DNA of 64,000 bases from Oscillospiraceae bacterium (lineage in GTDB: Bacteria; Bacillota; Clostridia; Oscillospirales; CAG-272), in NCBI GenBank assembly GCA_015063305.1, contig SVUJ01000003.1, positions 72,261 through 136,260 of the forward strand, written 5' to 3'. A model generated the notes under the pieces. That model saw only the letters and a list, made by a program, of their open reading frames with translations, was not told where the DNA came from and did no database searches. Shown piece after piece: positions 55,034 through 64,000 of this stretch. Position 1 is the first letter of the stretch. The number at the start of each line of letters is the position of its first letter. The position numbers were made by a program, and so were the translations under genes.

Positions 55034-55765
55034 ATGCAACAGCAGATATTAAAAGTTAAAGAAAATATCAAGCTCACCGAGAATATATACCGTATGGTGC
55101 TTTGCGGAGAGATATCCGCGATAAAGAATTCGGGTGAATTTATCAATATAGAGATCCCCGGGCTCTTCTTAAGACGTCCTATATCGGTGTGCGATTACGA
55201 TAAAGACAGTGTTACGATAATATACAAGGTCGTTGGAAAGGGAACAGAGGTACTCGCAAAAGCTACAGAAGGCGATAGCTTTGACGTGCTTGTCGGACTT
55301 GGAAACGGCTATGATACGAGTGTAAGCGGAGAGAGCGCGCTTTTGCTCGGCGGCGGAGTTGGAGTTCCCCCGCTTTATAATCTTTGCAAAAAGCTGATAG
55401 CGGACGGAAAGAAGGTCAGTGTTGTGCTTGGCTTCAATACGGCGAGCGAGGTCTTCTATGCAGAGGAATTCAAGGCGCTTGGAGCTGATGTACGTGTTAC
55501 CACAGTCGACGGTTCTTTTGGAATAAAGGGATTTGTTACCGATGCTATCGATGATATAGATTACACTTATTTTTACACCTGCGGACCCGAGCCGATGCTC
55601 CGCGCTGTCTACAACAAGACAACAACGAGCGGACAGTTCAGCTTTGAGTCGAGAATGGGCTGCGGATTCGGCGCTTGTATGGGCTGTAGCTGTAAGACTA
55701 ATTTTGGAAATAAGCGTATTTGTAAGGACGGTCCTGTCTTTGTAAAGGAGGAGATCTTATGGTAA
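55034..55765 (+). CDS. pyrK: Dihydroorotate dehydrogenase (type 1B) electron-transfer subunit
   Basis: FAD/NAD-binding fold plus the C-terminal 2Fe-2S Cys cluster MGCGFGACMGCSC. Confidence 0.9.
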   Translation: MQQQILKVKENIKLTENIYRMVLCGEISAIKNSGEFINIEIPGLFLRRPISVCDYDKDSVTIIYKVVGKGTEVLAKATEGDSFDVLVGLGNGYDTSVSGESALLLGGGVGVPPLYNLCKKLIADGKKVSVVLGFNTASEVFYAEEFKALGADVRVTTVDGSFGIKGFVTDAIDDIDYTYFYTCGPEPMLRAVYNKTTTSGQFSFESRMGCGFGACMGCSCKTNFGNKRICKDGPVFVKEEILW

Positions 55766-56670
55766 ATACTAAGGTAACCCTTACGGGTATAGAGATCGAT
55801 AACCCCGTTATCCCCGCGAGCGGTACGTTTGGATACGGTCAGGAGTTCTCCGAGCTTTACGATATCAACTGTCTTGGAACTTTTTCCTTCAAGGGTACGA
55901 CCGCTGAGCCCAGATTTGGAAACCCCACACCCAGAATTGCAGAATGTTCTTCGGGTATGATAAATGCCGTTGGACTTCAGAACCCCGGAGTTGAAGCGGT
56001 AAAATCCAAAGAGCTTCCCGAGATGAAGAAATTTTTCCATAAGCCCGTTATGGCAAACGTTTGCGGATTTTCTCTTGAAGAATACGCGCACGTATGCGAG
56101 GAGCTTGACGGAGAGGAACAGGTAGGTTGGCTTGAGGTCAACGTTTCCTGCCCTAACGTTCACGGCGGAGGAATGAGCTTCGGAACATCTCCTGCGGCGG
56201 TAGGAGAGGTGATAAAGGCGGTAAAAAAGGTAACCACCAAGCCGATAATCATAAAGCTCTCGCCCAACGTCACGGATATCGTTTCGATAGCTAAGGCGTG
56301 TGAGGCAGAGGGGGCTGACGGAATAAGTATGATAAATACTATGCTCGGAATGAGAATAGACCTGAGAACGAAAAAGCCTATTATAGCAAATAAGATGGGC
56401 GGTTTTTCAGGACCTGCTATCAAGCCCGTAGCTCTCAGAATGGTATATCAGGTATACGAGGCTGTATCCATACCGATAGTTGGAATGGGCGGAATTATGG
56501 ACGCTGAGGACGTTATAGAAATGATGTTGGCGGGCGCTACCGCCATAGAGGTCGGTACGGCTAACCTTATAGATCCCTTCGTATGTAAAAAGATAGTAGA
56601 GGATCTGCCGCGCGTAATGGAAAAATATAAGATAAACAGTTTGTCAGAAATAATAGGAGGAGCACACTAA
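55759..56670 (+). CDS. pyrD: Dihydroorotate dehydrogenase 1B catalytic subunit
   Basis: NPVIPASGTFGYG, LEVNVSCPN and INTMLG motifs. Confidence 0.93.
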   Translation: MVNTKVTLTGIEIDNPVIPASGTFGYGQEFSELYDINCLGTFSFKGTTAEPRFGNPTPRIAECSSGMINAVGLQNPGVEAVKSKELPEMKKFFHKPVMANVCGFSLEEYAHVCEELDGEEQVGWLEVNVSCPNVHGGGMSFGTSPAAVGEVIKAVKKVTTKPIIIKLSPNVTDIVSIAKACEAEGADGISMINTMLGMRIDLRTKKPIIANKMGGFSGPAIKPVALRMVYQVYEAVSIPIVGMGGIMDAEDVIEMMLAGATAIEVGTANLIDPFVCKKIVEDLPRVMEKYKINSLSEIIGGAH

Positions 56671-57368
56671 TGGGAAAAGACGTTATCATTGCTTGTGATT
56701 TCAACAGCAAAGAGGAGGTTTTAAGCTTTCTCGATAAATTTACGGGAAGAAAACCCTATGTAAAGATAGGAATGGAGCTTTTTTACGGAGCAGGCCCTGA
56801 GATAGTAAAGGAGATAAAGGCGAGAGGACACAAAATATTCCTCGACCTTAAGCTTCACGATATTCCCAATACCGTTAAAAAGTCAATGGCTGTACTCTCC
56901 AAGCTCGACGTGGATATGTGCAACCTCCACGCGGGCGGTACTATCGCTATGATGGAGGCGGCTCTTGAGGGTCTTATTCGTCCCGACGGAACAAGACCGC
57001 TCCTTATCGCTGTAACACAGCTCACCTCCACGAGCCAGGAGAGAATGGAAAACGATCTTCTTATCAAAGCGCCTATCGAAGAGGTAGTTATGCACTACGC
57101 GCACAATGCAAAGCTTGCGGGACTTGACGGAGTTGTTTGCTCTCCCCGTGAGGCGACCGCCGTACACAACAGATGCGGAAAGGAATTTATAACTGTTACC
57201 CCCGGAGTTAGATTTGCTGACGGAGATATAGGAGATCAGGTAAGAGTTATGACACCCGCGCAGGCAAAGGAGATAGGCTCGGACTATATCGTTGTGGGAC
57301 GTCCCATAACCGCTGCTGCCGATCCCGTTGCGGCATACGAGAGATGCGTTGCGGAATTTGTTGATTGA
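56670..57368 (+). CDS. pyrF: Orotidine 5'-phosphate decarboxylase
   Basis: KIGMELF and FLDLKLHDIPNT motifs. The start overlaps the pyrD stop by 1 nt. Confidence 0.93.
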   Translation: MGKDVIIACDFNSKEEVLSFLDKFTGRKPYVKIGMELFYGAGPEIVKEIKARGHKIFLDLKLHDIPNTVKKSMAVLSKLDVDMCNLHAGGTIAMMEAALEGLIRPDGTRPLLIAVTQLTSTSQERMENDLLIKAPIEEVVMHYAHNAKLAGLDGVVCSPREATAVHNRCGKEFITVTPGVRFADGDIGDQVRVMTPAQAKEIGSDYIVVGRPITAAADPVAAYERCVAEFVD

Positions 57369-57390
57369 TCTTAATAAAGGAGAATATAAA

Positions 57391-58047
57391 ATGGAAGCTT
57401 ACAAAAGAGAATTTATTGAATTTTTGCAGGGCGCGGGCGTTCTGAAGTTCGGTGATTTCACAGCTAAGAGCGGAAGAAAGATACCATACTTTATAAACGC
57501 GGGCGAAATAAAGACGGGAGATCAGATATCAAAGCTTGGCGAGTTTTACGCGAAGAGCTATCTTGAGAAGGTAGGAAATAAGAGAACGGTTCTTTACGGA
57601 CCTGCTTACAAGGGTATCCCGATAGCGGTTGCCGCTTCTATAGGACTTTCAAAGAACGGTCTTGACGTTCCGTTCTTCTTTAACCGTAAGGAGGAAAAGG
57701 ACCACGGAGAGGGCGGAGTTTTTGTTGGATATCTTCCTAAAGAGGGCGATGAGATAGTTATAGTTGAGGACGTTATCACCGCGGGTACGGCAATACGTGA
57801 GAGTATGGCTATACTCAAAAATCTCAAGGGAACTAAGATCGCCGCTACATTCGTAATGGTAGACAGAAAAGAGAAGGGACAGGGAGAAAAATCGGCTATG
57901 GCTGAGATAGGCGAGGAGTTTGGATTCCCCGTATATTCGGTAGTAGACGTTTACGATATCATCGAATACCTTGAGGAAGATGAAGCTAACGCTGAGAACG
58001 TGGATAGAATAAAGAAATATCTCGCGGTAAACGGCGCAAAGGCTTAA
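57391..58047 (+). CDS. pyrE: Orotate phosphoribosyltransferase
   Basis: PRPP-binding motif VIVEDVITAGTA. The ATG at 57391 follows AAAGGAGAA. Confidence 0.93.
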   Translation: MEAYKREFIEFLQGAGVLKFGDFTAKSGRKIPYFINAGEIKTGDQISKLGEFYAKSYLEKVGNKRTVLYGPAYKGIPIAVAASIGLSKNGLDVPFFFNRKEEKDHGEGGVFVGYLPKEGDEIVIVEDVITAGTAIRESMAILKNLKGTKIAATFVMVDRKEKGQGEKSAMAEIGEEFGFPVYSVVDVYDIIEYLEEDEANAENVDRIKKYLAVNGAKA

Positions 58048-58084
58048 TGAAATACAAAATTCAGAGAAAGGAAGATAACGGAAA

Positions 58085-59002
58085 ATGAGAAGTCTTATAG
58101 ATATTAAAGAGCTTTCTACCGAAGAGATAAACGAGCTTATCGCGGTTGCTACGGATATTATTGAAAATCCGAAGAAATACAGCGAGGCTTGTTACGGTAA
58201 GATACTTGCTACGCTCTTCTTTGAACCCTCAACAAGAACCAGACTTTCCTTTGAATCTGCAATGTGCTCACTCGGTGGAAAGGTAATATCTGTTTCCAGC
58301 GCAGATTCTTGCTCGGCATCCAAAGGAGAAAGTGTAGCTGACACGGCAAAGGTAGTATCCTGCTATTCCGATATAATAGCTATGCGCCATCCTAAGGAGG
58401 GAGCCCCTTTGGTTGCATCAATGAATGCAAGTGTGCCGGTCATAAACGCTGGTGACGGCGGACACAACCACCCCACACAGACCCTTGCAGATCTCTTGAC
58501 TATACACAGAGAGCTTGGAAGACTTGATAATCTCACTATCGGATTCTGCGGAGACCTCAAGTTTGGAAGAACGGTACACTCGCTTATCACCGCTATGTCG
58601 AGATACACGGGCATCAAGTTCGTGCTCATTTCTCCCGAAGAGCTCAAGGTTCCCAGCTATATCAAGCGCGACGTAATTAAAAAGAATAATATAGAGTACG
58701 TTCAGACCACCGATTTCGAGGCGGTAATTCCTGAGCTCGATATACTTTATATGACCCGTGTCCAGAAGGAGCGCTTCTTTAACGAGGAGGATTATCTCCG
58801 TCTTAAGGACAGATATATACTTACTCCCGACAAGCTCGAATTTGCAAAGCCTGAGCTTAAGATACTCCACCCGCTGCCCCGTGTCAACGAGATAGCAGTG
58901 GCTATCGACGATGATCCCAGAGCTTGCTACTTCAAGCAGGTATACTACGGAAGAATAATGCGTATGAGCTTAATACTTAAACTCCTGGAGGTGAACGTAT
59001 GA
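58085..59002 (+). CDS. pyrB: Aspartate carbamoyltransferase catalytic subunit
   Basis: [17 protein letters not shown] and HPLPR motifs. Confidence 0.95.
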   Translation: MRSLIDIKELSTEEINELIAVATDIIENPKKYSEACYGKILATLFFEPSTRTRLSFESAMCSLGGKVISVSSADSCSASKGESVADTAKVVSCYSDIIAMRHPKEGAPLVASMNASVPVINAGDGGHNHPTQTLADLLTIHRELGRLDNLTIGFCGDLKFGRTVHSLITAMSRYTGIKFVLISPEELKVPSYIKRDVIKKNNIEYVQTTDFEAVIPELDILYMTRVQKERFFNEEDYLRLKDRYILTPDKLEFAKPELKILHPLPRVNEIAVAIDDDPRACYFKQVYYGRIMRMSLILKLLEVNV

Positions 59003-59421
59003 ATATAGATTCGATTAAAAACGGAATCGTTATAGACCACATAACCGCAGGCAAGGGAATGATGATCTATAGACTTCTCGGACTTGAGAAGCTGGATTGC
59101 TCTATAGCAATAATAAAGAACGTAAACAGCAGAAAGCTTGGCAAAAAGGACATAATAAAGGTAGACAGCGATATAGATATAGACATTGATGCTCTTGGAT
59201 ACATTGATCCCGGTGTTACCGTAAACACCATAAAGGACGGAGTTCTTGTTGATAAGAGAAATATTTCCTTGCCCGAAACTATAACTAACGTTATCTTCTG
59301 CAAAAACCCCAGATGTATAACGACAACAGAGCAGGAGTTGCCCCATACCTTTGTACTTACCGATAAGGAAAACAAGGTTTACAGATGTATTTACTGTGAG
59401 ACCAAGGCAGAAACAAAATAA
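58999..59421 (+). CDS. pyrI: Aspartate carbamoyltransferase regulatory subunit
   Basis: GIVIDHI N-domain and C-terminal zinc motif CKNPRC...CIYC. Confidence 0.9.
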   Translation: MNIDSIKNGIVIDHITAGKGMMIYRLLGLEKLDCSIAIIKNVNSRKLGKKDIIKVDSDIDIDIDALGYIDPGVTVNTIKDGVLVDKRNISLPETITNVIFCKNPRCITTTEQELPHTFVLTDKENKVYRCIYCETKAETK

Positions 59422-59426
59422 TTATA

Positions 59427-59461
59427 AAAATATCGCCGTAATCAATTACGGCGATATTTTT
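59427..59461 (+). terminator. Terminator of the pyr operon
   Basis: AAAATATCGCCGTAA / TTACGGCGATATTTT hairpin with a T-run. Confidence 0.85.
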
Positions 59462-59470
59462 ATCTATTAG

Positions 59471-59504
59471 TTTTAATAAATCGGGTGACCTGTGTGGTCA
59501 CCCG
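59471..59504 (-). terminator. Terminator of gpmI
   Basis: 9-bp GC-rich stem CGGGTGACC / GGTCACCCG followed on the minus strand by ATTTATT. Confidence 0.7.
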
Positions 59505-59515
59505 TTTATCTTTAT

Positions 59516-61177
59516 TTACTTTATTTTGATTATGCTTTCGTCCCACATTTCGGGTGCTTCGTAACCCATAAGGTTTACCATAGTAGCCGCAACGTTTGAA
59601 AGACCGAAGCTGCCGTTGTCTGCCTTCACCTCGTATTTGTCGGCATAATTGTTGTCGTATATTATGCAGGGAACGGGGTTAAGTGTATGGCTGGTCTTAG
59701 CCTTGTAGTTGCCGCTCTTATCCTTCTTGGGAGCGCCTGTCTTCTTGTCTACCTCAAACATCTCGTCGGCATTTCCGTGGTCAGCGGTAATAAGAGCAAC
59801 ACCGCCAAGCGCATCGACAACCTTTAGTATTCTTGCAAGCTGAAGGTCAAGCGCTTCCATAGAGCATCTTGTTGCAAGGAGAGAGCCTGTGTGTCCAACC
59901 ATATCTCCGTTGGGGAAGTTAACTCTGAGATACTGATACTTTCCGGATTCGAGGCACTCTATGAGCTTGTCTGTTATCTCGGCGCACTTCATCCAAGGAC
60001 GCTGCTCAAAGGGAACTACGTCAGAGAGTATCTCTATATATGTCTCGAGCTCCTCAGAGAACTTGCCCGACTTATTACCGTTCCAGAAGTAGGTCACGTG
60101 ACCGTATTTCTGTGTTTCGGAAATTGCGAGCTGGTTAACACCGGTATTAGCGAGATATTCGCTCATGGTGTTTGTTATCTCGGGGGGAGAAACGAGGTAT
60201 TTGTGGGGAATATGAAGGTCGCCGTCGTATTCAAGCATACCTGCATAGATAACGTTTGGAACACGCTTACGGTCGAACTTATCGAAATCGCCCACTGCCG
60301 CTTCAAAGGTCTTGGATATCTCTATAGAGCGGTCGCCTCTGAAGTTGTAGAATATAACGCTATCGCCGTCATTGATAGTTCCAACAGGCTTTCCGTCCTC
60401 TGCGATAACGAAGGGGGGGAGATCCTGGTCGATGACCTTAAGCTCCTCGCGGTAAGCAAGAACCGCTTCCTTGGCAGATGCAAACTGTCTGCCCTCGCCG
60501 AGCACGTGGGTCTGCCAACCGCGCTCTACCATAGACCAATCAGCCTCGTATCTGTCCATGGTTATCTTCATACGTCCGCCGCCCGAAGCTATCTTTATAT
60601 CAAAGCTTTCGCTTCTGAGGTCTGCGATGAATGCCTCAAAGGGATCTATATATTCGAGTGCGCTTGTCTCTCCAACGTCACGTCCGTCGATGAGAATGTG
60701 AATTCTTACCTTGGATACGCCCTCAGCCTTTGCCTGAAGTATCATAGCCTTAAGGTGATCTATATGGGAGTGTACGTTTCCGTCGGAGAAAAGTCCGAGG
60801 AAGTGAAGAGTAGAGTTGTTTGTCTTAACGCCCGAAATAAGCTCCTGCCAGGTGTTTGACGCGAACATCTTTCCCGATTCTATCGACTGGGAAACAAGCT
60901 TTGCGCCCTGAGCGAAGACCTGTCCCGCGCCAAGAGCATTATGTCCTACCTCAGAGTTACCCATATCGTCGTCGGAAGGCAGACCTACTGCTGTTCCGTG
61001 AGCCTTTAGAGTTACCATAGGATATTTGCTCATAAGCATATCAAGAGTGGGGGTATATGCACCTGCAACTGCATTTGCCTCGGTCGAGGGGGCGATTCCA
61101 ACACCGTCCATAACGATAGTGAGCACAGGGCCTTTTACTCCGTCAAAATTTGCGAGTTTGTTCAATTTTGAACTCAT
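59516..61177 (-). CDS. gpmI: 2,3-bisphosphoglycerate-independent phosphoglycerate mutase, long (about 553 aa) form
   Basis: [44 protein letters not shown] and ADHGNADEM. The ATG at 61177 follows GGAGGA. Confidence 0.93.
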   Translation of the reverse strand: [553 protein letters not shown]

Positions 61178-61310
61178 AGCGATCCTCCATGAAAAAATTA
61201 ATTCTAACTTATATAGTATACAACTAAAACGCTTTTTTTTCAAGTGATTTTTACAAATTATAATTGTAATTTATAAAAAAGTATTATATTTTAAATATTT
61301 TTAAATACTA

Positions 61311-61339
61311 TTGAAAAAAAGGGAAGATTGGTGTATAAT
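61311..61339 (+). promoter_or_regulatory. Sigma-A-type promoter for the mrp / sanA-like / 62844 unit (TTGAAA-17-TATAAT)
   Basis: -35 at 61311-61316 and -10 at 61334-61339. Confidence 0.6.
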
Positions 61340-61380
61340 AATCAAGTCAAATTTAATTAGTTTACAGAGAGGAAATTAAA

Positions 61381-62217
61381 ATGTCTGAATGTACTCATAA
61401 CTGCTCCACTTGTTCGAGCAACTGCGGATCTCGCGAAAAAAACAGCCTTATGGAACAGCCCCACGAGCTCAGCAGCGTTAAGCATATTATCGGTGTTGTC
61501 AGCGGAAAAGGCGGTGTTGGAAAATCTATCGTAACCTCTATGCTTGCTGTAACTATGCAGCGCCTTGGATATAAGGTAGCTATACTCGATGCCGACATCA
61601 CAGGCCCGTCTATACCCAAGGCTTTTGGTCTTAAAAAGCCTGTAGAGGGCGACGATAACGGAATGATACCCCCATCTACCACATCGGGAATAGATATCAT
61701 GTCGCTTAATCTTCTCCTTGAGGACGAGTCGCGTCCTGTTGTCTGGAGAGGCCCTGTTATCGCGGGAACTGTAAAGCAGTTCTGGACAAATACTATCTGG
61801 CACGATATAGATTATATGTTCATCGACTGTCCTCCCGGAACAGGCGACGTTCCGCTTACCGTTTTCCAGTCCATACCGCTTGACGGAATAGTTATCGTAA
61901 GCACTCCTCAGGATCTTGTTTCTATGATAGTTTCCAAGGCGGCTAATATGGCTCAGCTTATGGATATACCGGTTTACGGCCTTATCGAGAATATGAGCTA
62001 CGTTAGGTGCCCCGATTGCGGCAAGGAGATAAAGATATTCGGTGAGAGCCATATCGACGAGATAGCAGACAAGTTTGGATATGACCTTCTTGCGAGAATA
62101 CCGATAGATCCCAAGCTCACAGCGCTTGTTGATAAGGGTTGGATAGAGATGATGGATAACGATTATCTCGATGCTGCCGCAGAGAGTATTATAAACAGAG
62201 GACGCTCTGTACAGTAA
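61381..62217 (+). CDS. Mrp/NBP35/ApbC-family Fe-S cluster carrier ATPase with a Cys-rich N-terminal extension
   Basis: Deviant Walker A GVVSGKGGVGKS, CxxC (CPDCGKE), and N-terminus MSECTHNCSTCSSNCG. Confidence 0.9.
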   Translation: MSECTHNCSTCSSNCGSREKNSLMEQPHELSSVKHIIGVVSGKGGVGKSIVTSMLAVTMQRLGYKVAILDADITGPSIPKAFGLKKPVEGDDNGMIPPSTTSGIDIMSLNLLLEDESRPVVWRGPVIAGTVKQFWTNTIWHDIDYMFIDCPPGTGDVPLTVFQSIPLDGIVIVSTPQDLVSMIVSKAANMAQLMDIPVYGLIENMSYVRCPDCGKEIKIFGESHIDEIADKFGYDLLARIPIDPKLTALVDKGWIEMMDNDYLDAAAESIINRGRSVQ

Positions 62218-62227
62218 AATTTTTAAA

Positions 62228-62836
62228 ATGAAAAAGAAAGTTTTTAAGCTTTTGATCCTTATTCTTTCTATATGTATACTTGCTTTATCTGTCGTTACCG
62301 TTCCAAACGTTTGTATGCTCGTAAATGCTTACGGGTGTATTGACTCTTTTGATAATAACGGTGACGATAAATATGATTGCATACTTGTACTTGGCGCGGG
62401 GCTCCGTAATGACGGAACCCCGTCCGATATGCTTGAGGATAGATTGAAGATAGCTATAAATCTTTATAATGAGGGATACTCCGATATTATTTTGCTTAGC
62501 GGCGACCGCTCGGGCGATCATTATGACGAGGTGTCTGCTATGAGAGAATACTGCCTTGATAACGGTGTGCCGTCCGAGGATATACTCTGTGATAATTTCG
62601 GCTTTTCTACTTATGAAAGCCTGTATAATACCGCTAAGATGCAAGATGTGGAAAGAGTTATTGTGGTTACTCAGAGCTACCATCTCTACAGAGCGTTGTA
62701 TATTGCCGAAAAGATGGGGCTTGATGCTTGCGGCGCTTCGGCGGATCTAAGGGGCTACCGAAAACAGATGTATAGAGAGATAAGAGAGATATTGGCAAGA
62801 ACTAAGGATTTTTATAAGGTTATTTTTTTCGAGTGA
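62228..62836 (+). CDS. SanA/YdcF (DUF218) family membrane-anchored protein
   Basis: N-terminal TM helix, then DCILVLGAGLRNDGTPSDMLEDRL...LLSGD, typical of DUF218/SanA. Confidence 0.75.
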   Translation: MKKKVFKLLILILSICILALSVVTVPNVCMLVNAYGCIDSFDNNGDDKYDCILVLGAGLRNDGTPSDMLEDRLKIAINLYNEGYSDIILLSGDRSGDHYDEVSAMREYCLDNGVPSEDILCDNFGFSTYESLYNTAKMQDVERVIVVTQSYHLYRALYIAEKMGLDACGASADLRGYRKQMYREIREILARTKDFYKVIFFE

Positions 62837-62843
62837 GGATAAA

Positions 62844-63977
62844 ATGAACGAAAAGGAAATTGGCGAGATAAGACGACGCTTCAGCGCCGCAAAAAGCAAT
62901 ATAAATCACATAAGAGGGTGCTGTGTCAGCACCGAGGGACAGATACTATCCGAGTTCGATCAATCCCTCGCGTTTCTTACCGAGGACGAGATAGATAAGA
63001 TACTTGGAATAATAAGAAAAACTCTTTCGGGATACGTGGGAAGAAATCTCTCGGATATAGAGTTTTCTACCAAACAGGTGCTTGAATCGGCAGAGCATAA
63101 AGCTCTTATGGACATACGCGACTCAGATATGAACGATGACGAGGCTGTACACGAGCTTTACAAGCGTATAATAGAGTCCCTTGAGGGAATAGAGGATAAT
63201 TACATAATTATGCTTGCGTCCGATAAATACGACGTACCTTCAAGGCGTGTTGATGGCGAAAAGGGCGATGATTCAAACGAGATATTCAGATATTTCGTAT
63301 GTTGCATATGCCCAATAAAGACATCAAGATCACAGCTTGGATTTTATATATCGGGAAATCCCTTCAGAAGCGTTTCGGCAGATACCGTGGTAACAGCGCC
63401 TGAACTTGGATTTATGTTCCCGTGCTTTGACGACAGAAGCACCAATATATACAAGGCTTTGTTTTACACAAAGAGCACTCAGAACGATTATTCCAAGTTT
63501 ATTGATACACTCTTTAAATCCGAGGTCATTCCGCTGCCCGCCGATATTCAAAAGGAAACCTTTAACACGATAGTTGAAAAGGTAGCCGAGGAGCAGTGCA
63601 ATCTGCACGTTGTTAAAACACTTCATAATCAGCTTAATGAGATGATACTTGAACACAAGGAGCAGAAGGTTGAAGAACCTCTGTTTCTTGATAAAAATCA
63701 AATAGTCAGCGTACTTGAGTCGAGCGGACTTGAGGAAAAACAGATAAGCGAATTCAGGGATAAATTCGATACCGAGTTTGGAGAGAAGGCTCAGATAAGC
63801 CCGAGAAACGTTGTTGAAACAAAGCAGTTCAGGCTGAAGACCCCTGACGTGGTCATAAAGGTAGACCCCAAGCGTACAGACCTCATAAAAACAAGGGTGA
63901 TCGACGGTGAGAAGTATATCCTTATCAGCGCTGAGGGTGATATAGAAGTAAACGGAATAAATATAAGCATTACATAA
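62844..63977 (+). CDS. Hypothetical protein, probably the DUF4317 family seen in Clostridia (assignment from memory)
   Basis: 377 aa and soluble. The N-terminus EIGEIRRRFS....NI..IRGCCV resembles DUF4317 proteins as I recall them. It starts 7 nt after the sanA-like stop. Confidence 0.5.
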   Translation: MNEKEIGEIRRRFSAAKSNINHIRGCCVSTEGQILSEFDQSLAFLTEDEIDKILGIIRKTLSGYVGRNLSDIEFSTKQVLESAEHKALMDIRDSDMNDDEAVHELYKRIIESLEGIEDNYIIMLASDKYDVPSRRVDGEKGDDSNEIFRYFVCCICPIKTSRSQLGFYISGNPFRSVSADTVVTAPELGFMFPCFDDRSTNIYKALFYTKSTQNDYSKFIDTLFKSEVIPLPADIQKETFNTIVEKVAEEQCNLHVVKTLHNQLNEMILEHKEQKVEEPLFLDKNQIVSVLESSGLEEKQISEFRDKFDTEFGEKAQISPRNVVETKQFRLKTPDVVIKVDPKRTDLIKTRVIDGEKYILISAEGDIEVNGINISIT

Positions 63978-64000
63978 AAAAACAGGCGCGATAAAATTTA

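Noticed and set aside
59169-59190. Short tandem GATATA-GATATA-GACATT repeat.
   Set aside because: It lies inside pyrI and simply encodes DIDIDID in a surface loop. It is not a regulatory or mobile repeat.
1-64000. Searched all intergenic gaps over 100 nt for tRNA/rRNA genes, CRISPR repeats, IS or transposase ends, integrases, phage genes and toxin-antitoxin pairs.
   Set aside because: None found. Every long gap is explained by promoters, terminators or short leaders. No repeated spacer-like units, no T-loop-like GGTTCGAATCC motifs and no recombinase-like ORFs were seen. This was a by-eye search without tools, so small ncRNAs could have been missed.

Overview
This is a dense 64-kb chromosomal segment from an endospore-forming Firmicute, probably class Clostridia. 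The clues are an alpha/beta-type SASP gene, pyrB-pyrI, a single-chain GlyRS, and the conserved blocks ylxM-ffh-rpsP-ylqC and miaB-ymcA-mutS-mutL. I call about 60 protein-coding genes, almost all housekeeping. They cover the following functions:
- Secretion and targeting: lgt (partial), secA, ffh.
- Rhamnose catabolism: rhaB, rhaA and an AraC-type regulator.
- tRNA modification: mnmA, trmL, miaB, tgt.
- Ion and polyamine transport: mgtE, potABCD, trkAH, and a cadC / metal-binding (HMA) protein / P1B-ATPase metal-export cluster.
- DNA repair, proteases and translation: mutS, mutL, a uracil-DNA glycosylase (udg), tldD, pmbA, glyQS.
- Central metabolism: ldh, gpmI, and a seven-gene pyrimidine operon (pyrC-K-D-F-E-B-I).
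- Redox and Fe-S: a four-module flavodiiron protein and an Mrp/ApbC Fe-S carrier.

Reading every intergenic gap, I found no rRNA, tRNA, CRISPR array, transposase, integrase, phage gene or recognisable defence, toxin or RiPP system. Intergenic regions are short and well explained. About 15 have near-consensus sigma-A promoters with exactly 17-bp spacers, and 17 have clear hairpin terminators.

I do not see a convincing novel system. The best candidate is a trio of unassignable polytopic membrane proteins that appear to be transcribed with secA (10500-13489). They share a recurring GY(L/I)MI-type motif, and one of them carries an internal duplication. Other points worth a second look:
- a PotC-linker-TM-PotD fusion protein
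- an unlisted 57-codon ORF between the SASP gene and its terminator
- an AT-rich orphan ORF where the ffh-rpsP cluster loses rimM-trmD-rplS
- an HMA domain split from its ATPase by an ATGA overlap
- a CTHNCSTC cysteine motif shared by the YmcA/RicA-like protein and Mrp
- a CofE-like protein with no F420 context
- a plant/trypanosomatid-type iPGAM

All family assignments come from motifs read by eye. No database search was possible.
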